NCBI GenBank assembly: GCA_963702205.1
Contig: OY969724.1
Span: 3,360,001-3,424,000 of the forward strand
Reading direction: 5' to 3'
Length of the DNA: 64,000 nucleotides
From: an uncultured candidate division Zixibacteria bacterium
Lineage (GTDB): Bacteria; Zixibacteria; MSB-5A5; GN15; PGXB01
Below, one piece after another: positions 26,367 to 37,168 of the stretch. The notes under the pieces are model-generated. The model saw nothing but the letters and a program-made list of their open reading frames with translations, was not told the DNA's origin and did no database searches. The position numbers and the translations under genes were made by a program. Every line of letters begins with the position of its first letter. The first letter of the stretch is position 1.

Positions 26367-26861
26367 TTACCAGTTCTTGGTGGTTCTATTTATAATATCG
26401 ATAACCAGCTTCTGGGCCGCCCGGCTTTGACCGTCTTCTTCGGTTTCGCTGTCGGCCAGATAGATGCCTTCGCTCGTGAAAGACTGCTTCCATAATTCTT
26501 CGTCGGAGCCGCCGCCCTTCTTTAAAATCAAATCGAACACGATATGCACCGCGTAGCGTGAAACGACATCGTTGGCATCGAACGTCTGAGGATCGCGGGA
26601 ATAACTGGCCAGCGTACCCTCCAGCACGGCGTCGGCGTCTTTTTCCGAAACCACTTTTAAATTCCCGTCGGCGATAAAGGCCTTGACCACAAGGTCAGTC
26701 ATGGTACTGGACAGCCCCGCCTCGATCGTTTTGTTTTCGAATTGCATGACGGCGATCGATTTAATCGAGGATTTTCCCCCCGGAGAAAAACTGTACACAC
26801 CACAACCCGTCAGGGCAGCCAGAACCAGGGCTATGACGATTACTTGCTGTAATTTGTGCAT
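26367..26861 (-). CDS. lptE: LptE-family lipoprotein
   Basis: Lipobox 'LTGC', 'YSF', 'IKSIAVMQFENKT', 'ADAVLEGT', terminal 'NW'. Start set at ATG 26861. Confidence 0.75.
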   Translation of the reverse strand: MHKLQQVIVIALVLAALTGCGVYSFSPGGKSSIKSIAVMQFENKTIEAGLSSTMTDLVVKAFIADGNLKVVSEKDADAVLEGTLASYSRDPQTFDANDVVSRYAVHIVFDLILKKGGGSDEELWKQSFTSEGIYLADSETEEDGQSRAAQKLVIDIINRTTKNW

Positions 26862-26901
26862 ACGATTCTTAAACGCCCGCAATGCAAGCTGGGTTTCCCG
26901 A

Positions 26902-28170
26902 TTAATCGGCGTTAACGACGATTTTTCCATTTTTAATCACGGTTTTGGCCAGGTTGACTCCATAATGATACGGCAATTCACGATAGTCGGCCATATCCCA
27001 GAGGACGATATCGGCGGGAAGGCCCTCATTGAGTTGCCCGATTTTCCCGGCCCGGTCGACGGCACACGCCGCATTAACGGTAACCGCCGAAATAGACTCG
27101 GCCGCCGTCATGCGATAGTTCAAAGCCGCCAGCGTGATAATCAGCGGCAGCGACTCGGTATAGCTCGATCCCGGATTACAGTCGGTAGACAGGGAGACCG
27201 TCACGCCTTTTTCGATCATTTTGCGGGCCGGGGCATAATTGCCGCGAAGAGAAAAACTGGTTCCCGGCAACAGCACCGCCACCGTCCCCGATTTGGCCAT
27301 AGCCTTTATACCATCGTCTGATATATAAATCAGATGATCGGCGGAAACGGCCTTCATTTCGGCGGCCAGTTCGGCACCGCCGGTCGACGCCAGTTCGTCG
27401 GCATGAAATTTAAGTTTCAATCCGGCCCTTTTGGCGGCCGACATAATCTTGCGCGATTCCACGACGCTGAAGACATCTTCCTCGCAAAAAATATCGCAAA
27501 ATTCGGCCAGTCTCTTATCCATCACGGCCGGGATCATCTCTTCTATTATAATCCTGACATATTCCTCACGGTTCTCACGGTATTCATCGGGAATTTCGTG
27601 CGCCCCCATGAAAGTCGAAATCAAGTCAATCGGACGGGTTTCATTCAGGTTCTGGATTATTTCCAGAGATTTGATTTCCGCTTCAGTCGAAAGCCCATAA
27701 CCCGATTTGGCCTCAATTGTCGTAATGCCGAACGCCAGCATGGTTTCGAGACGTTTGGCGGTCTGCTCGACCAGTTTGGCGGTCCTGGTTTCACGCAGGT
27801 CACGCACCGAAGCCCGGATACCGCCTCCCTCACGCGCGATTTCGGCATAGGTTCGGCCTTCTATGCGCATTTCGTACTCGGCCTCGCGCGTTCTGGAAAA
27901 CACCGGGTGCGTGTGCGGGTCGATCAGCCCGGGAGTTACCACGGCCTTCCTGGCGTCGATCACATGACAGCCCTCGGCCAGGTCAACCTTGCCTTCGACG
28001 TCCGCTGACTTCCCGACCGCGAGGATTTCCTCACCGGCCACGGCTACCCCGCCGTTTTCGATCAGGCCGAGATTTTTCATCTGGTCGCCGACACGCGGAA
28101 CCGGCCCCTGCATGGTTATCAACTGGCCGATATTTTTAATTAGTAATGTCGCTTTTTTCTTTAAACCCAT
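26902..28170 (-). CDS. hutI: Imidazolonepropionase
   Basis: 'PGLIDPHTH', 'GGGIRASV', 'EAKSGYGL', 'FCDIFCE', 'HADEL', 'SADHL', 'STDCNPGS'. Next to hutU. Confidence 0.96.
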   Translation of the reverse strand: MGLKKKATLLIKNIGQLITMQGPVPRVGDQMKNLGLIENGGVAVAGEEILAVGKSADVEGKVDLAEGCHVIDARKAVVTPGLIDPHTHPVFSRTREAEYEMRIEGRTYAEIAREGGGIRASVRDLRETRTAKLVEQTAKRLETMLAFGITTIEAKSGYGLSTEAEIKSLEIIQNLNETRPIDLISTFMGAHEIPDEYRENREEYVRIIIEEMIPAVMDKRLAEFCDIFCEEDVFSVVESRKIMSAAKRAGLKLKFHADELASTGGAELAAEMKAVSADHLIYISDDGIKAMAKSGTVAVLLPGTSFSLRGNYAPARKMIEKGVTVSLSTDCNPGSSYTESLPLIITLAALNYRMTAAESISAVTVNAACAVDRAGKIGQLNEGLPADIVLWDMADYRELPYHYGVNLAKTVIKNGKIVVNAD

Positions 28171-28262
28171 GATGAGAAATATATGAGCTTTACCTTATAC
28201 GTCAATCCCAAACGGACAACGTCCGTTTTCCACAAAGAGACATGAAAAAATGCGGCCAAAGG

Positions 28263-29918
28263 CTATTTCTTCAGCATCGGGATTTTGATTTTATGGCTTT
28301 TCGCGAATTTTATCGCTTCTTTATATCCGGCATCGGCATGGCGAGCCACCCCGATTCCCGGATCGTTGGTCAGGACCCGCTCCAGCCGGACTTTCATTCT
28401 TTGTGACCCATCGGCACAGATGACCATACCGGCGTGGATGGCATTGCCCATACCGACCCCGCCGCCATGATGAATCGAAACCCAGGACGCGCCGGAGACG
28501 GCATTCAAGAGCCCGTTCAACAGCGGCCAGTCGGCGATAGCATCGGAGCCGTCTTTCATGCCTTCGGATTCACGGTACGGCGACGCCACCGAACCGCAGT
28601 CGAGGTGATCACGGCCGATTACAATCGGGGCCGAGATTTTGCCCTTGGCCACCATCGTATTAATGATATCTCCGAATTTGGCCCGCTCGCCGTAACCCAG
28701 CCAGCAAATTCGGGCCGGGAGCCCCTGAAACGGCACTTTCTCCTGAGCCAGTTTGATCCAGTTGCAAAGCGGCTTGTTGTATTTAAACTCTTTCAATATG
28801 ACTTCGTCGGTGGCGTGGATGTCGGCCGGGTCGCCGGACAGGGCCACCCAGCGGAACGGACCTTTGCCCTCGCAAAACAGCGGGCGAATGTATTCCGGCA
28901 CGAATCCGGGAAAGGTGAAGGCTTCTTTAAGCCCGCCCTTTTCGGCCTGACCACGAAGATTGTTCCCGTAATCGAATACGACCGATCCGGCCCGCATGAA
29001 TTTAATCATGGCCGAGCAGTGCTTGACCATCGATTCATAAGCCCGGTCCATGTATTCGCGCGGATTTTTCTTGCGAAGACGCACCGCCTCGGTGACCGTC
29101 AAACCCTCGGGGATATACCCGTTAAGCTCATCGTGGGCTGAGGTTTGGTCGGTGACGATATCGGGGATAATACCACGGCGGAAAATTTCCGGGAATATTT
29201 CGGCACAATTGCCGACCAGCCCAATCGAAATTGGTTTGCCTTCTTTGGTATTGTCTTTGATCATCTTGAGGGCTTTGTCGAGCGTTTTGACTTTGACGTC
29301 GCAATACCCGATTTTCACCCGCCGGTTGATTCGCTCCTCATCGGCCTCGACCACCAGAATCGATGCCCCGGCCATGGTCCCGGCCAGAGGCTGGGCTCCA
29401 CCCATACCGCCCATGCCGCCGGTCAAAATCCATTTGCCGGTCATATCACCGTTGAAATGATGTTGAGCAACCGAGACGAAGGTTTCGTACGTCCCCTGCA
29501 CGATTCCCTGGGTGCCGATATAAATCCAGCTTCCGGCGGTCATCTGACCGAACATGATCAGGCCGAGTTTGTCGAGCTGGCGGAATTTTTCCCACGTCGC
29601 CCATTTGGGCACCAGGTTGCTGTTGGCGATCAATACACGGGGAGCATAATCGTGAGTTTGAAATACACCGACCGGTTTGCCCGACTGAACCAGCAGGGTT
29701 TCGTCGTCGCCGAGAGTTTTGAGCGATTTGATAATGGCGTGATAGCAGTCCCAGTTGCGAGCGGCTTTGCCGATGCCGCCGTAAATAATCAGTTCTTTCG
29801 GTTTTTCGGCGACTTCCTCATCAAGGTTGTTATTGATCATCCTGAAGGCGGCTTCCTGCGGCCAGCCTTTGCAGGTGAGTTTGTTTCCACGAGCGGCCTT
29901 GACCGGCTTATATTTCAT
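28263..29918 (-). CDS. hutU: Urocanate hydratase
   Basis: '[11 protein letters not shown]', '[16 protein letters not shown]', 'TDQTSAHD', 'GRDHLD', 'HHGGGVG'. Confidence 0.98.
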   Translation of the reverse strand: MKYKPVKAARGNKLTCKGWPQEAAFRMINNNLDEEVAEKPKELIIYGGIGKAARNWDCYHAIIKSLKTLGDDETLLVQSGKPVGVFQTHDYAPRVLIANSNLVPKWATWEKFRQLDKLGLIMFGQMTAGSWIYIGTQGIVQGTYETFVSVAQHHFNGDMTGKWILTGGMGGMGGAQPLAGTMAGASILVVEADEERINRRVKIGYCDVKVKTLDKALKMIKDNTKEGKPISIGLVGNCAEIFPEIFRRGIIPDIVTDQTSAHDELNGYIPEGLTVTEAVRLRKKNPREYMDRAYESMVKHCSAMIKFMRAGSVVFDYGNNLRGQAEKGGLKEAFTFPGFVPEYIRPLFCEGKGPFRWVALSGDPADIHATDEVILKEFKYNKPLCNWIKLAQEKVPFQGLPARICWLGYGERAKFGDIINTMVAKGKISAPIVIGRDHLDCGSVASPYRESEGMKDGSDAIADWPLLNGLLNAVSGASWVSIHHGGGVGMGNAIHAGMVICADGSQRMKVRLERVLTNDPGIGVARHADAGYKEAIKFAKSHKIKIPMLKK

Positions 29919-30099
29919 GATTATTGTCCTCCATTAAAGACGCAAATATACCGACATCTCCACATTTTGGCAAATGGAATCTGAAGCAGGACTTATCATT
30001 ATAATTTTGAAGGAAATCAACGTGGGATATTGACGATTGCCGCCAATTAGTTATTTTGCAGAATCAAACAAAATATCGAAATATGAAAAGGGGTTATAT

Positions 30100-30969
30100 T
30101 TGAAATTAATTAAGCCCGAAAAAATCAGTATAAGAAATCACCCTGAATTAAATGAAAAATGGGTTCAGGAGATTATTGCCGATGACCCTGCCATACTTGG
30201 TTTGGGTGATTTGATTCTTATGGAAAAGGAGAGGATACAACCTAAAGCTGGAAGACTTGACTTGCTTCTTCAACATGCTGATACGGATCGACGGTTTGAA
30301 GTGGAGATACAGCTTGGCAAGGTTGATGAAAGTCATATCATCAGGACAATTGAATATTGGGACATTGAAAGAAAACGATATCCCGGATATGATCATTGTG
30401 CCGTAATTATCGCGGAAGATATTACGAGCCGGTTTCTTAATGTTGTGAATCTATTTAACGGTTTTATCCCGCTTATAGCCTTACAAATGAGTGCCATGAA
30501 ATTCGGGGACAATATTGCCCTTATATTCACGAGAGTTCTGGATGAAGTCGTTTTGGGATTGGAAGAGTACGATTACGAGTCGAACGTCACCGACAGAAAA
30601 TATTGGGCCACGAAGGTAAGCAATAAAGCGACAGTTGCTCTGGCTGATCAGATATTGGAAATCATCCATGAATTTGCGCCTGACCTGGAATTGAAATATA
30701 ACAAGTATTACATAGGCTTTGCAGAAAACAGCAAGGCCAACAGATTTGTCACTTTCAAACCAAATAAGAAGTCATTTATTTTAAATTTGAAGTCGGCACA
30801 ATCTGACAAGTTGTATGAATACTTAACACAACTGAATTTAGAAGTAATCGATTATCGGGCGAGGATAGGCAGCTATAGGATAAGACTGACCAGGACGGAT
30901 ATAGACAAAAATCGTAAGTCGTTAGCAAAAATTTTGAAAGCAGCCTATACTCATAAGCTGCCGGAATGA
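30100..30969 (+). CDS. NucS-like PD-(D/E)xK-fold nuclease domain plus C-terminal DUF5655-like domain
   Basis: 'NEKWVQEII..P.ILGLG', 'GRLDLL', 'FEVEIQLG', 'HIIRTIEYW', 'AVIIAE'. TTG start at 30100 behind AAGGGG. Visibly AT-richer than its neighbours. Confidence 0.7.
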   Translation: MKLIKPEKISIRNHPELNEKWVQEIIADDPAILGLGDLILMEKERIQPKAGRLDLLLQHADTDRRFEVEIQLGKVDESHIIRTIEYWDIERKRYPGYDHCAVIIAEDITSRFLNVVNLFNGFIPLIALQMSAMKFGDNIALIFTRVLDEVVLGLEEYDYESNVTDRKYWATKVSNKATVALADQILEIIHEFAPDLELKYNKYYIGFAENSKANRFVTFKPNKKSFILNLKSAQSDKLYEYLTQLNLEVIDYRARIGSYRIRLTRTDIDKNRKSLAKILKAAYTHKLPE

Positions 30970-33885
30970 TCACTTCAGCAGCAGCATCTTTTCGCTTCTG
31001 GACTGATTGCCAGCTTTGATTCGATAGAAATATATTCCGCTCGATGACTCGCGGCCGGAATCATCCCGACCATCCCAATCGACCGCATGATACCCGACAC
31101 TTTGTTCTTCGTCGACCATGGTCCGAACCTTGCGTCCAAGAATATTATAGATGGACAGGTCCACCGCCTCGCGTTGTGGCAGAACATATTCGATTACGGT
31201 CGAAGCATTGAACGGGTTGGGGTAGTTCTGCGCCAGATACAACTGATCCGGCAATAGACTTGCGATGTCATCATCCAGACCGGTGGCAAGAAAATACTTA
31301 TTGCGGGCCCGGATGGCACTCGAACGAAGCTGATTGATATAATCGGCCCCGATGACGGCGAAGATGGCCGTGTCGGCCTCACCCGGCAGAAGCGTGAACG
31401 GGCCGGTCGCTATAATGTGCGCGAGGTCCTGGTTGATTTCCGCCGTCTGATTGGTATCGACAAAACCGCCGGAAAGAAAATCGAATTTGTCGGCGTCGGG
31501 ATAACCGTGGCGGTTCCAGATATCCCGCTTTAGCACCCGGTACGACTTCGCCCCTTCGAAGTTGATGACCGAAATCCCGCGATACCACGATGAATCTCCG
31601 GTCGGGGTATAATCTCGGAACACGTAGCCCATATTTTCACCCGGCGAAAAATGACCTTCGACATAGGCGTCGTGCCACCGGTAGTACATCCAGTCGAAAT
31701 ATAGACCGATATAAAAATTGGTCAGGATATTAGAACTTTGATTTTTAAAGGCGTACTCCAGCACGACAAAATTGTTATCGGGATAGTTGTTCCAGCTGTA
31801 TGTCCTCTGGCTAATTTTTACCCCAATCGGGTTTTCGGCGAAGCTGTCGTCGAAGTATGAATACGTTTCCTGATCGGCGAACTGCCCCGGCACCGATACG
31901 GCCATCTCTCCCCCGACTCCGATTCTGAAATCTTTTTCGAACTCATCGTCCGGCCCGGTCAGCCCGTCGGAGACCTGATCCGTCGACCGCCCCAGAACCA
32001 GAGCGGCTTCATACAGGTTGTTGGTGGTCGTGTCATCGTACATGAATCCGCAATAACCCCGGTTGTTTATCGAGCCACTGCCGAAACCGTACTGACCGTA
32101 ATTGGAAACCGTGAAGCGCATCACTTCGGAGCCGTGCGTGTAAATGGTCGAATCCGGATAGAACCCGACGTGCAACTGAAATTCAACTTTCTTGTCATAA
32201 AACCGTGCACCGTGCAAATAGTACGACCCCATGATGACCGTCCCCGGAAACAGCGTATCATCGGTGGCGATGTGCACGTATTCCGGTGCGGCGACGGTAT
32301 CGAAATAGCCTATATGCCCGATGTACACGGAATCGGTCAGGATGTCCAGTCCCGGATAAATATTATTAAACTCAATCCATACCGAATCGGCGTCACAGGC
32401 ATAATTGGTCAGGGATATTTCCACGTCCACTTCTCCGCCGGGGTCGGTGGTATCGTAGTCGAAGCTTGCAATACGCAAGTCCGGAGAGAGCCTGTCGCCG
32501 AGGTATTGCAGGGCACCGGGAATATTGAGAATGCCCCAGCCGTAGGCATTGTTCGGGTACGGGTCCCCGGTCGGTGTGGCACCGAGAAGCAACGCTTCTT
32601 TGATCTGATCGACCGTAGCCTCGGGCGCGAACTGCCGCAATATCGCCACTGCTCCGGCGACGTGCGGCGCAGACATCGAGGTGCCGCCGTGGACCGAATA
32701 CGTTCCCCCCGGCTCGCACGAACGAATCTCGCCGCCGGGCGCGACGACGTTGGGTTTGATCGAAACCGAATCGCAATCCGACGGTCCCCGCGAGGAGAAA
32801 TGGGTAATCAGCCCCGTTACATGATGAACCGCTCCGACCGCGAAATTGGTCAGTGAATCCACCGCCCGGCTGGCGGGTGAGCGAATCGTCATCGACGCCG
32901 TACCTTCATTCCCGGCCGCGAAGATGTTCACTATGCCCAACGCTTCGGTATTGTCGATCATGTCCCAGAGCCAGTCCATGCAATCGCCGGTCCAGCCCCA
33001 GCTGTTGTTGACAACGTCGGGCACGTCGGCCGTGGTGTTGGGGTTTCCGTCCGGGTCGGCCAGCCACTGGTAGGCATCCAAAGCGCTCGACGCCGCCGTC
33101 GCGATCCACCGGGCATCGGGCGCAATCCCAACCGTATCGCCGGTTGCATCATCGTGACCGACCATGATTCCGGTCGTGTGCGTACCGTGATAATATCCGG
33201 CGGTCGGAAACATAACCGAATCATCGCGGACATAAAACGCTGCCATAGTGTCGCCGTCGAGACCTTTCCAGTTATTAAAGAGCGCGGGATGATGACCATC
33301 GACGCCGGAAACGTCGTAGTTGGCGACAATTCGTCCTTTGCCGGTCAAGCCCATTTTCCAGGCCGAATCGGCTCCGACATAAATTAAGTTGGCCTCGGCC
33401 CCGGCGGTCGATGTATCTCCCAACTTATCGGGGAAATCGTCGATCGGCAGAATCGGTTCGAATACCGGGACCGATCGTATTTCGGTAACATCGGATCGCT
33501 GAGATAATTCGTAGATTTCGCTTTTTATGATTCTGGCTTTGACGGCATTGACGATCCAGTATGATTTTATGTTCGAGGCTTTACCTTCGTTTTGAAGTTC
33601 ATCCAGATATTCAAGAATATCGGACTGGGCGGCAGTCGTGGTTTTATGGAGTCGAACCATCGCCAGCTTGTGCCTCGCCGAATAGGATTTCACCGATTTC
33701 AGTTCTTCTTTTAACTGGTCGGAGGTCAGGCCTCCGGCTACACCTATTATGACATCGACCATGGTATTGTCATCGAGTCGGGAAAGCCGGGATTGGAGAT
33801 CGGGATTGATTGAAGCATTCGCCGGTACGGTTATCGTGGAAAGTAATAGAATGAAAAAAACAAGAGCCCTGCTGCAAAAGTTCAT
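30970..33885 (-). CDS. Secreted S8 (subtilisin/bacillopeptidase F-like) serine protease with a T9SS-type/FlgD-Ig C-terminal domain
   Basis: Signal peptide and propeptide; triad motifs 'VANYDVSGVD', 'HGTHTTG', 'GTSMSAPHVAG'; oxyanion 'AAGN'; C-terminal 'QNYPNPFN..IYNILGRKVR..SSGIYFYRI..KMLLLK'. Confidence 0.92.
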   Translation of the reverse strand: MNFCSRALVFFILLLSTITVPANASINPDLQSRLSRLDDNTMVDVIIGVAGGLTSDQLKEELKSVKSYSARHKLAMVRLHKTTTAAQSDILEYLDELQNEGKASNIKSYWIVNAVKARIIKSEIYELSQRSDVTEIRSVPVFEPILPIDDFPDKLGDTSTAGAEANLIYVGADSAWKMGLTGKGRIVANYDVSGVDGHHPALFNNWKGLDGDTMAAFYVRDDSVMFPTAGYYHGTHTTGIMVGHDDATGDTVGIAPDARWIATAASSALDAYQWLADPDGNPNTTADVPDVVNNSWGWTGDCMDWLWDMIDNTEALGIVNIFAAGNEGTASMTIRSPASRAVDSLTNFAVGAVHHVTGLITHFSSRGPSDCDSVSIKPNVVAPGGEIRSCEPGGTYSVHGGTSMSAPHVAGAVAILRQFAPEATVDQIKEALLLGATPTGDPYPNNAYGWGILNIPGALQYLGDRLSPDLRIASFDYDTTDPGGEVDVEISLTNYACDADSVWIEFNNIYPGLDILTDSVYIGHIGYFDTVAAPEYVHIATDDTLFPGTVIMGSYYLHGARFYDKKVEFQLHVGFYPDSTIYTHGSEVMRFTVSNYGQYGFGSGSINNRGYCGFMYDDTTTNNLYEAALVLGRSTDQVSDGLTGPDDEFEKDFRIGVGGEMAVSVPGQFADQETYSYFDDSFAENPIGVKISQRTYSWNNYPDNNFVVLEYAFKNQSSNILTNFYIGLYFDWMYYRWHDAYVEGHFSPGENMGYVFRDYTPTGDSSWYRGISVINFEGAKSYRVLKRDIWNRHGYPDADKFDFLSGGFVDTNQTAEINQDLAHIIATGPFTLLPGEADTAIFAVIGADYINQLRSSAIRARNKYFLATGLDDDIASLLPDQLYLAQNYPNPFNASTVIEYVLPQREAVDLSIYNILGRKVRTMVDEEQSVGYHAVDWDGRDDSGRESSSGIYFYRIKAGNQSRSEKMLLLK

Positions 33886-34063
33886 GGCCGCATCCAGTTA
33901 AAATATATGCCGCCGGATCAGAAGTATTATCCCGCCGGTCATAAATAATTGTCTCCCCCTTTATAATATTAATTTTTTAATAAAGGTCAATTACTAAAAC
34001 GGGATAGAATAATACACTACTATTTGTGTTTGATTTTGAGCCAGTCATTGCCTTTAATTCGAT

Positions 34064-34750
34064 ATGGACTTGAATCATATTAAAGATGAGATGACGGCGC
34101 TCGCGAAAAGCGGCGGTGCGGTGGATACGGGAATCTGTCGCCTCGACGAGCTTCGCCCCAATTTTCACCATGAATTAAAAAGTGTCTCACGAAAATTAAA
34201 TACCGGCATCGCAGTTGGCGTCTCATTATCGAGGCCCGTTTTGGAAACAATTACCTGCCGACCGAACCAGATTTATAAGGCCCACTACCAACAGGTGAAT
34301 CGCATTTTGAACGACCTGGCATATCGGATTTCAGAGAATTTGCAGCGACAGGGAGCCCGGGCCCTGCCCATTCCGGCGTCTCAGATAATCCGCTGGAAAC
34401 CGATGCGGGCGCATCTTTCGCACCGGGAAACCGCCTTCAAAGCCGGACTGGGCTGGCGCGGGAGAAATAATTTGCTGGTCAATCCGGTTTATGGCTCGCA
34501 GTACCGCCTAGTCACGGTGCTGACCGATCTCGAACTCGAACCCGATGAAACCTGCAATGATGATTGCGGCGATTGCCGGGCGTGTCTTAAAGCCTGCCCC
34601 GCCGGAGCCATCGGGGAAAACGTCGAAGATTTCAATCTGGACGCCTGCCAAGCCCAGGTCCGCGAGTTCTCTCGCGCACCTGATATGGGTCATCTGATCT
34701 GCGGCCTGTGTCTTAAAGTCTGTGTCGGTAAAAAATCGGGGAGAAATTAA
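34064..34750 (+). CDS. Epoxyqueuosine-reductase/reductive-dehalogenase-like 4Fe-4S protein
   Basis: 'SHRETAFKAGLGWRGRNNLLVNP.YGS..RL.TVLTD', 'CGDCRACLKACP', 'CGLCLKVC'. Confidence 0.82.
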   Translation: MDLNHIKDEMTALAKSGGAVDTGICRLDELRPNFHHELKSVSRKLNTGIAVGVSLSRPVLETITCRPNQIYKAHYQQVNRILNDLAYRISENLQRQGARALPIPASQIIRWKPMRAHLSHRETAFKAGLGWRGRNNLLVNPVYGSQYRLVTVLTDLELEPDETCNDDCGDCRACLKACPAGAIGENVEDFNLDACQAQVREFSRAPDMGHLICGLCLKVCVGKKSGRN

Positions 34751-34752
34751 AA

Positions 34753-35292
34753 ATGGGAAGAATCAATGTGCCGCTGCCCGGCAAAATGATAATGTCGGCC
34801 CTGTATTCCAGCCTAGATAACATGATCCAGGCGCTGGATCATATCGAAAAAAAACACGGCCGGATTGAATTCGAAACCGATGAAATGGAATTTCTGCACA
34901 CGAGCTATTACCGCGAGGAAATGGGCGAAAATCTTAAACGTAAATTCTTCTCGTTTATCAATCCCATTGACCGGGCCGAACTGGCCGATCTCAAAATCTG
35001 GACCAACAAGCTCGAAGAAAAATTCGGTGAAAAATCCGGAGACTATATTTTCAGGACCATCAATCTCGATCCCGGAATTCTGTCTCTGGCCAACCTGACT
35101 CTGGCCTCGACCAAGGATTTCGCACACAGGATATATCTCTGCGACGGCATTTATGCCGAGACGACGCTTATTTTCAAAAACAATAAATTCGTGGCTCTTC
35201 CCTGGACCTATCCCGATTACATCGAACCACCGGTTACGGAATTTTTGACCCGCGTCCGGGAAAGCCTCGGCATGCACGAAGTAGAAATTTAG
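34753..35292 (+). CDS. DUF4416-family protein
   Basis: 'HTSYYREEMG..LKRKF', 'RTINLDPG', 'LASTKDFAHRIYL..GIYAE', 'PWTYPDY'. Confidence 0.78.
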   Translation: MGRINVPLPGKMIMSALYSSLDNMIQALDHIEKKHGRIEFETDEMEFLHTSYYREEMGENLKRKFFSFINPIDRAELADLKIWTNKLEEKFGEKSGDYIFRTINLDPGILSLANLTLASTKDFAHRIYLCDGIYAETTLIFKNNKFVALPWTYPDYIEPPVTEFLTRVRESLGMHEVEI

Positions 35293-35429
35293 ATAGTACC
35301 GGTATATAATGGCTTGTTGATCAATGGAGTAACCAGGAACGGGCGACCGGCACAGCCCACGAGTATCGGTGGGTTTATATTACTGCTTATTTTGCTTGCC
35401 CGATTCCGCCTGCATCCATTAAATGCGAC

Positions 35430-36128
35430 ATGAAAATTCACGTCTTCCAGCACGTCTCGTTTGAAGGCCCGGGATATATTGCGCACTGGGCTGAGAAAAA
35501 TGGATACGGTATATCCATAACGCCCGTTTACAGAGGTGAGCGAATTCCCGACATAGATAACATCGATGCTCTGATCGTCATGGGCGGCCCGATGAACATA
35601 TACGCCGAAAATGAACACCCCTGGCTTAAAAGCGAGAAGGTCTTCATTAAAAGGGCCATATCTTCGGGAAAAATCATCCTGGGTTTTTGTCTCGGGGCGC
35701 AGTTAATCGCCAATGCGCTGGGACAAAAAGTATATTCGGGACCTCATAAGGAAATCGGCTGGTGGCCGGTGCGAATCTGTCGCGAGCCAAATTTGCCGCC
35801 TGCAATAGACGACTTCCCCGATGAATTCACGACCTTCCACTGGCACGCCGAGACGTTCGACATTCCCGGTGGAGCCATTCGATTCGCTGAAAGCGAGGCC
35901 TTTCCGAATCAGGGATTCGTTTACGGGAACCATGTCTGGGCTTTTCAGTTTCACCCGGAAATGATTCTTGATGGCATCGAAAAGTTGGCCGAAAAATGCG
36001 CTGAAGATTTGACCGATGGTCCTTTTGTCCAGAATATCGTCCAAATGCGAGAGGGATTTTATATTCACGGCAATAAAGCCAACGACCTGTTGGGCCGTTT
36101 ATTAGATAGAATATTTGTTAACCAATAA
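35430..36128 (+). CDS. Class I glutamine amidotransferase (GMP-synthase-like, stand-alone)
   Basis: 'MGGPM', nucleophile elbow 'GFCLGAQL', 'QFHPE'. Confidence 0.9.
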   Translation: MKIHVFQHVSFEGPGYIAHWAEKNGYGISITPVYRGERIPDIDNIDALIVMGGPMNIYAENEHPWLKSEKVFIKRAISSGKIILGFCLGAQLIANALGQKVYSGPHKEIGWWPVRICREPNLPPAIDDFPDEFTTFHWHAETFDIPGGAIRFAESEAFPNQGFVYGNHVWAFQFHPEMILDGIEKLAEKCAEDLTDGPFVQNIVQMREGFYIHGNKANDLLGRLLDRIFVNQ

Positions 36129-36167
36129 CTACAGAATTAATCACTAACGAAATAGAAAGGCAAAAAA

Positions 36168-36992
36168 ATGGAACACTGGACCAATCTGATCACCGAATGG
36201 CTGGCGGCGTACGGCCTCAAGGTAGTCGGTGCGCTGGCCATACTTATTTTCGGACGCATTATAGTGGGACTCATCGCGTCGATGGTCGGCCGTTTGCTCA
36301 AACGCGCCAAAACCGATGAAACCCTTACCAAATTCGTCACCAGCCTTACAAAAATCGGGCTGTTAATCTTTGTAATATTGGCGGCGGTTAACACGCTCGG
36401 CATAGAAACGACCTCATTCGTGGCCGTCATCGGCGCCGCCGGTTTGGCTGTCGGTTTCGCCCTGCAGGGATCACTGGCGAATTTCGCGTCGGGCGTCATG
36501 CTGATTATCTTCCGACCCTTCAAAACCGGGGATTTCGTGGAAACAGCCGGCACGACTGGAAGCGTCGACGCCATTCACATTTTTAATACCGTCCTGAAAA
36601 CGCCGGACAATAAAATGATTATTGTACCTAACAGCGCCGTGACCGGCGGAAACATCACTAATTATTCGGCCCACGAGACTCGTCGGGTCGACATGGTTTT
36701 CGGAATCGGTTATGACGATGATATCAAGAAAGCCAAACAGGTTCTTGAACAGATTCTGGCCGCCGATGATCGAATTTTGAAAGACCCGGCCCCGGTCGTG
36801 GCCGTCTCCGAACTGGCCGACAGTTCGATCAATTTCGTGGTCCGGCCGTGGGTTAAAACCTCGGATTATTGGAGTGTCTTTTTCGATATAACCGAAAAAG
36901 TAAAATTGACTTTCGACGAGCAGGGCATCAGTATTCCATACCCACAGCAGGACGTGCACATGCATCAGGTTGTCACGGAAAAGGCCGCTTGA
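36168..36992 (+). CDS. mscS: Small-conductance mechanosensitive channel
   Basis: 'GAAGLAVGFALQGSLANFASG', 'RPFKTGD', 'ISIPYPQ'. Confidence 0.95.
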   Translation: MEHWTNLITEWLAAYGLKVVGALAILIFGRIIVGLIASMVGRLLKRAKTDETLTKFVTSLTKIGLLIFVILAAVNTLGIETTSFVAVIGAAGLAVGFALQGSLANFASGVMLIIFRPFKTGDFVETAGTTGSVDAIHIFNTVLKTPDNKMIIVPNSAVTGGNITNYSAHETRRVDMVFGIGYDDDIKKAKQVLEQILAADDRILKDPAPVVAVSELADSSINFVVRPWVKTSDYWSVFFDITEKVKLTFDEQGISIPYPQQDVHMHQVVTEKAA

Positions 36993-37027
36993 TAGCACCT
37001 ATCATAAAAATAAAATAGGCCTCACAA

Positions 37028-37147
37028 GTTCCGTCAGGCCTTGATCCCCGAGCAATCGGGGATTGTGACCTGACGGATTCGAAATAGTGAACCTGATAAG
37101 ACGGCCGGGTCACATCCCGATTTCATCGGGACGAAGCCCGGCAGAAC
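37028..37147. repeat. Inverted doublet of CGTC-type REP-like hairpins
   Basis: GTTCCGTCAGG..ATCCCCGA-GCAA-TCGGGGAT..CCTGACGG (37028-37076) plus an inverted, diverged copy (about 37104-37147). Same family as the hairpins at 2733-2779 and 2809-2855. Confidence 0.7.
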
Positions 37148-37168
37148 TTATAGGCACTTATTATTCAA

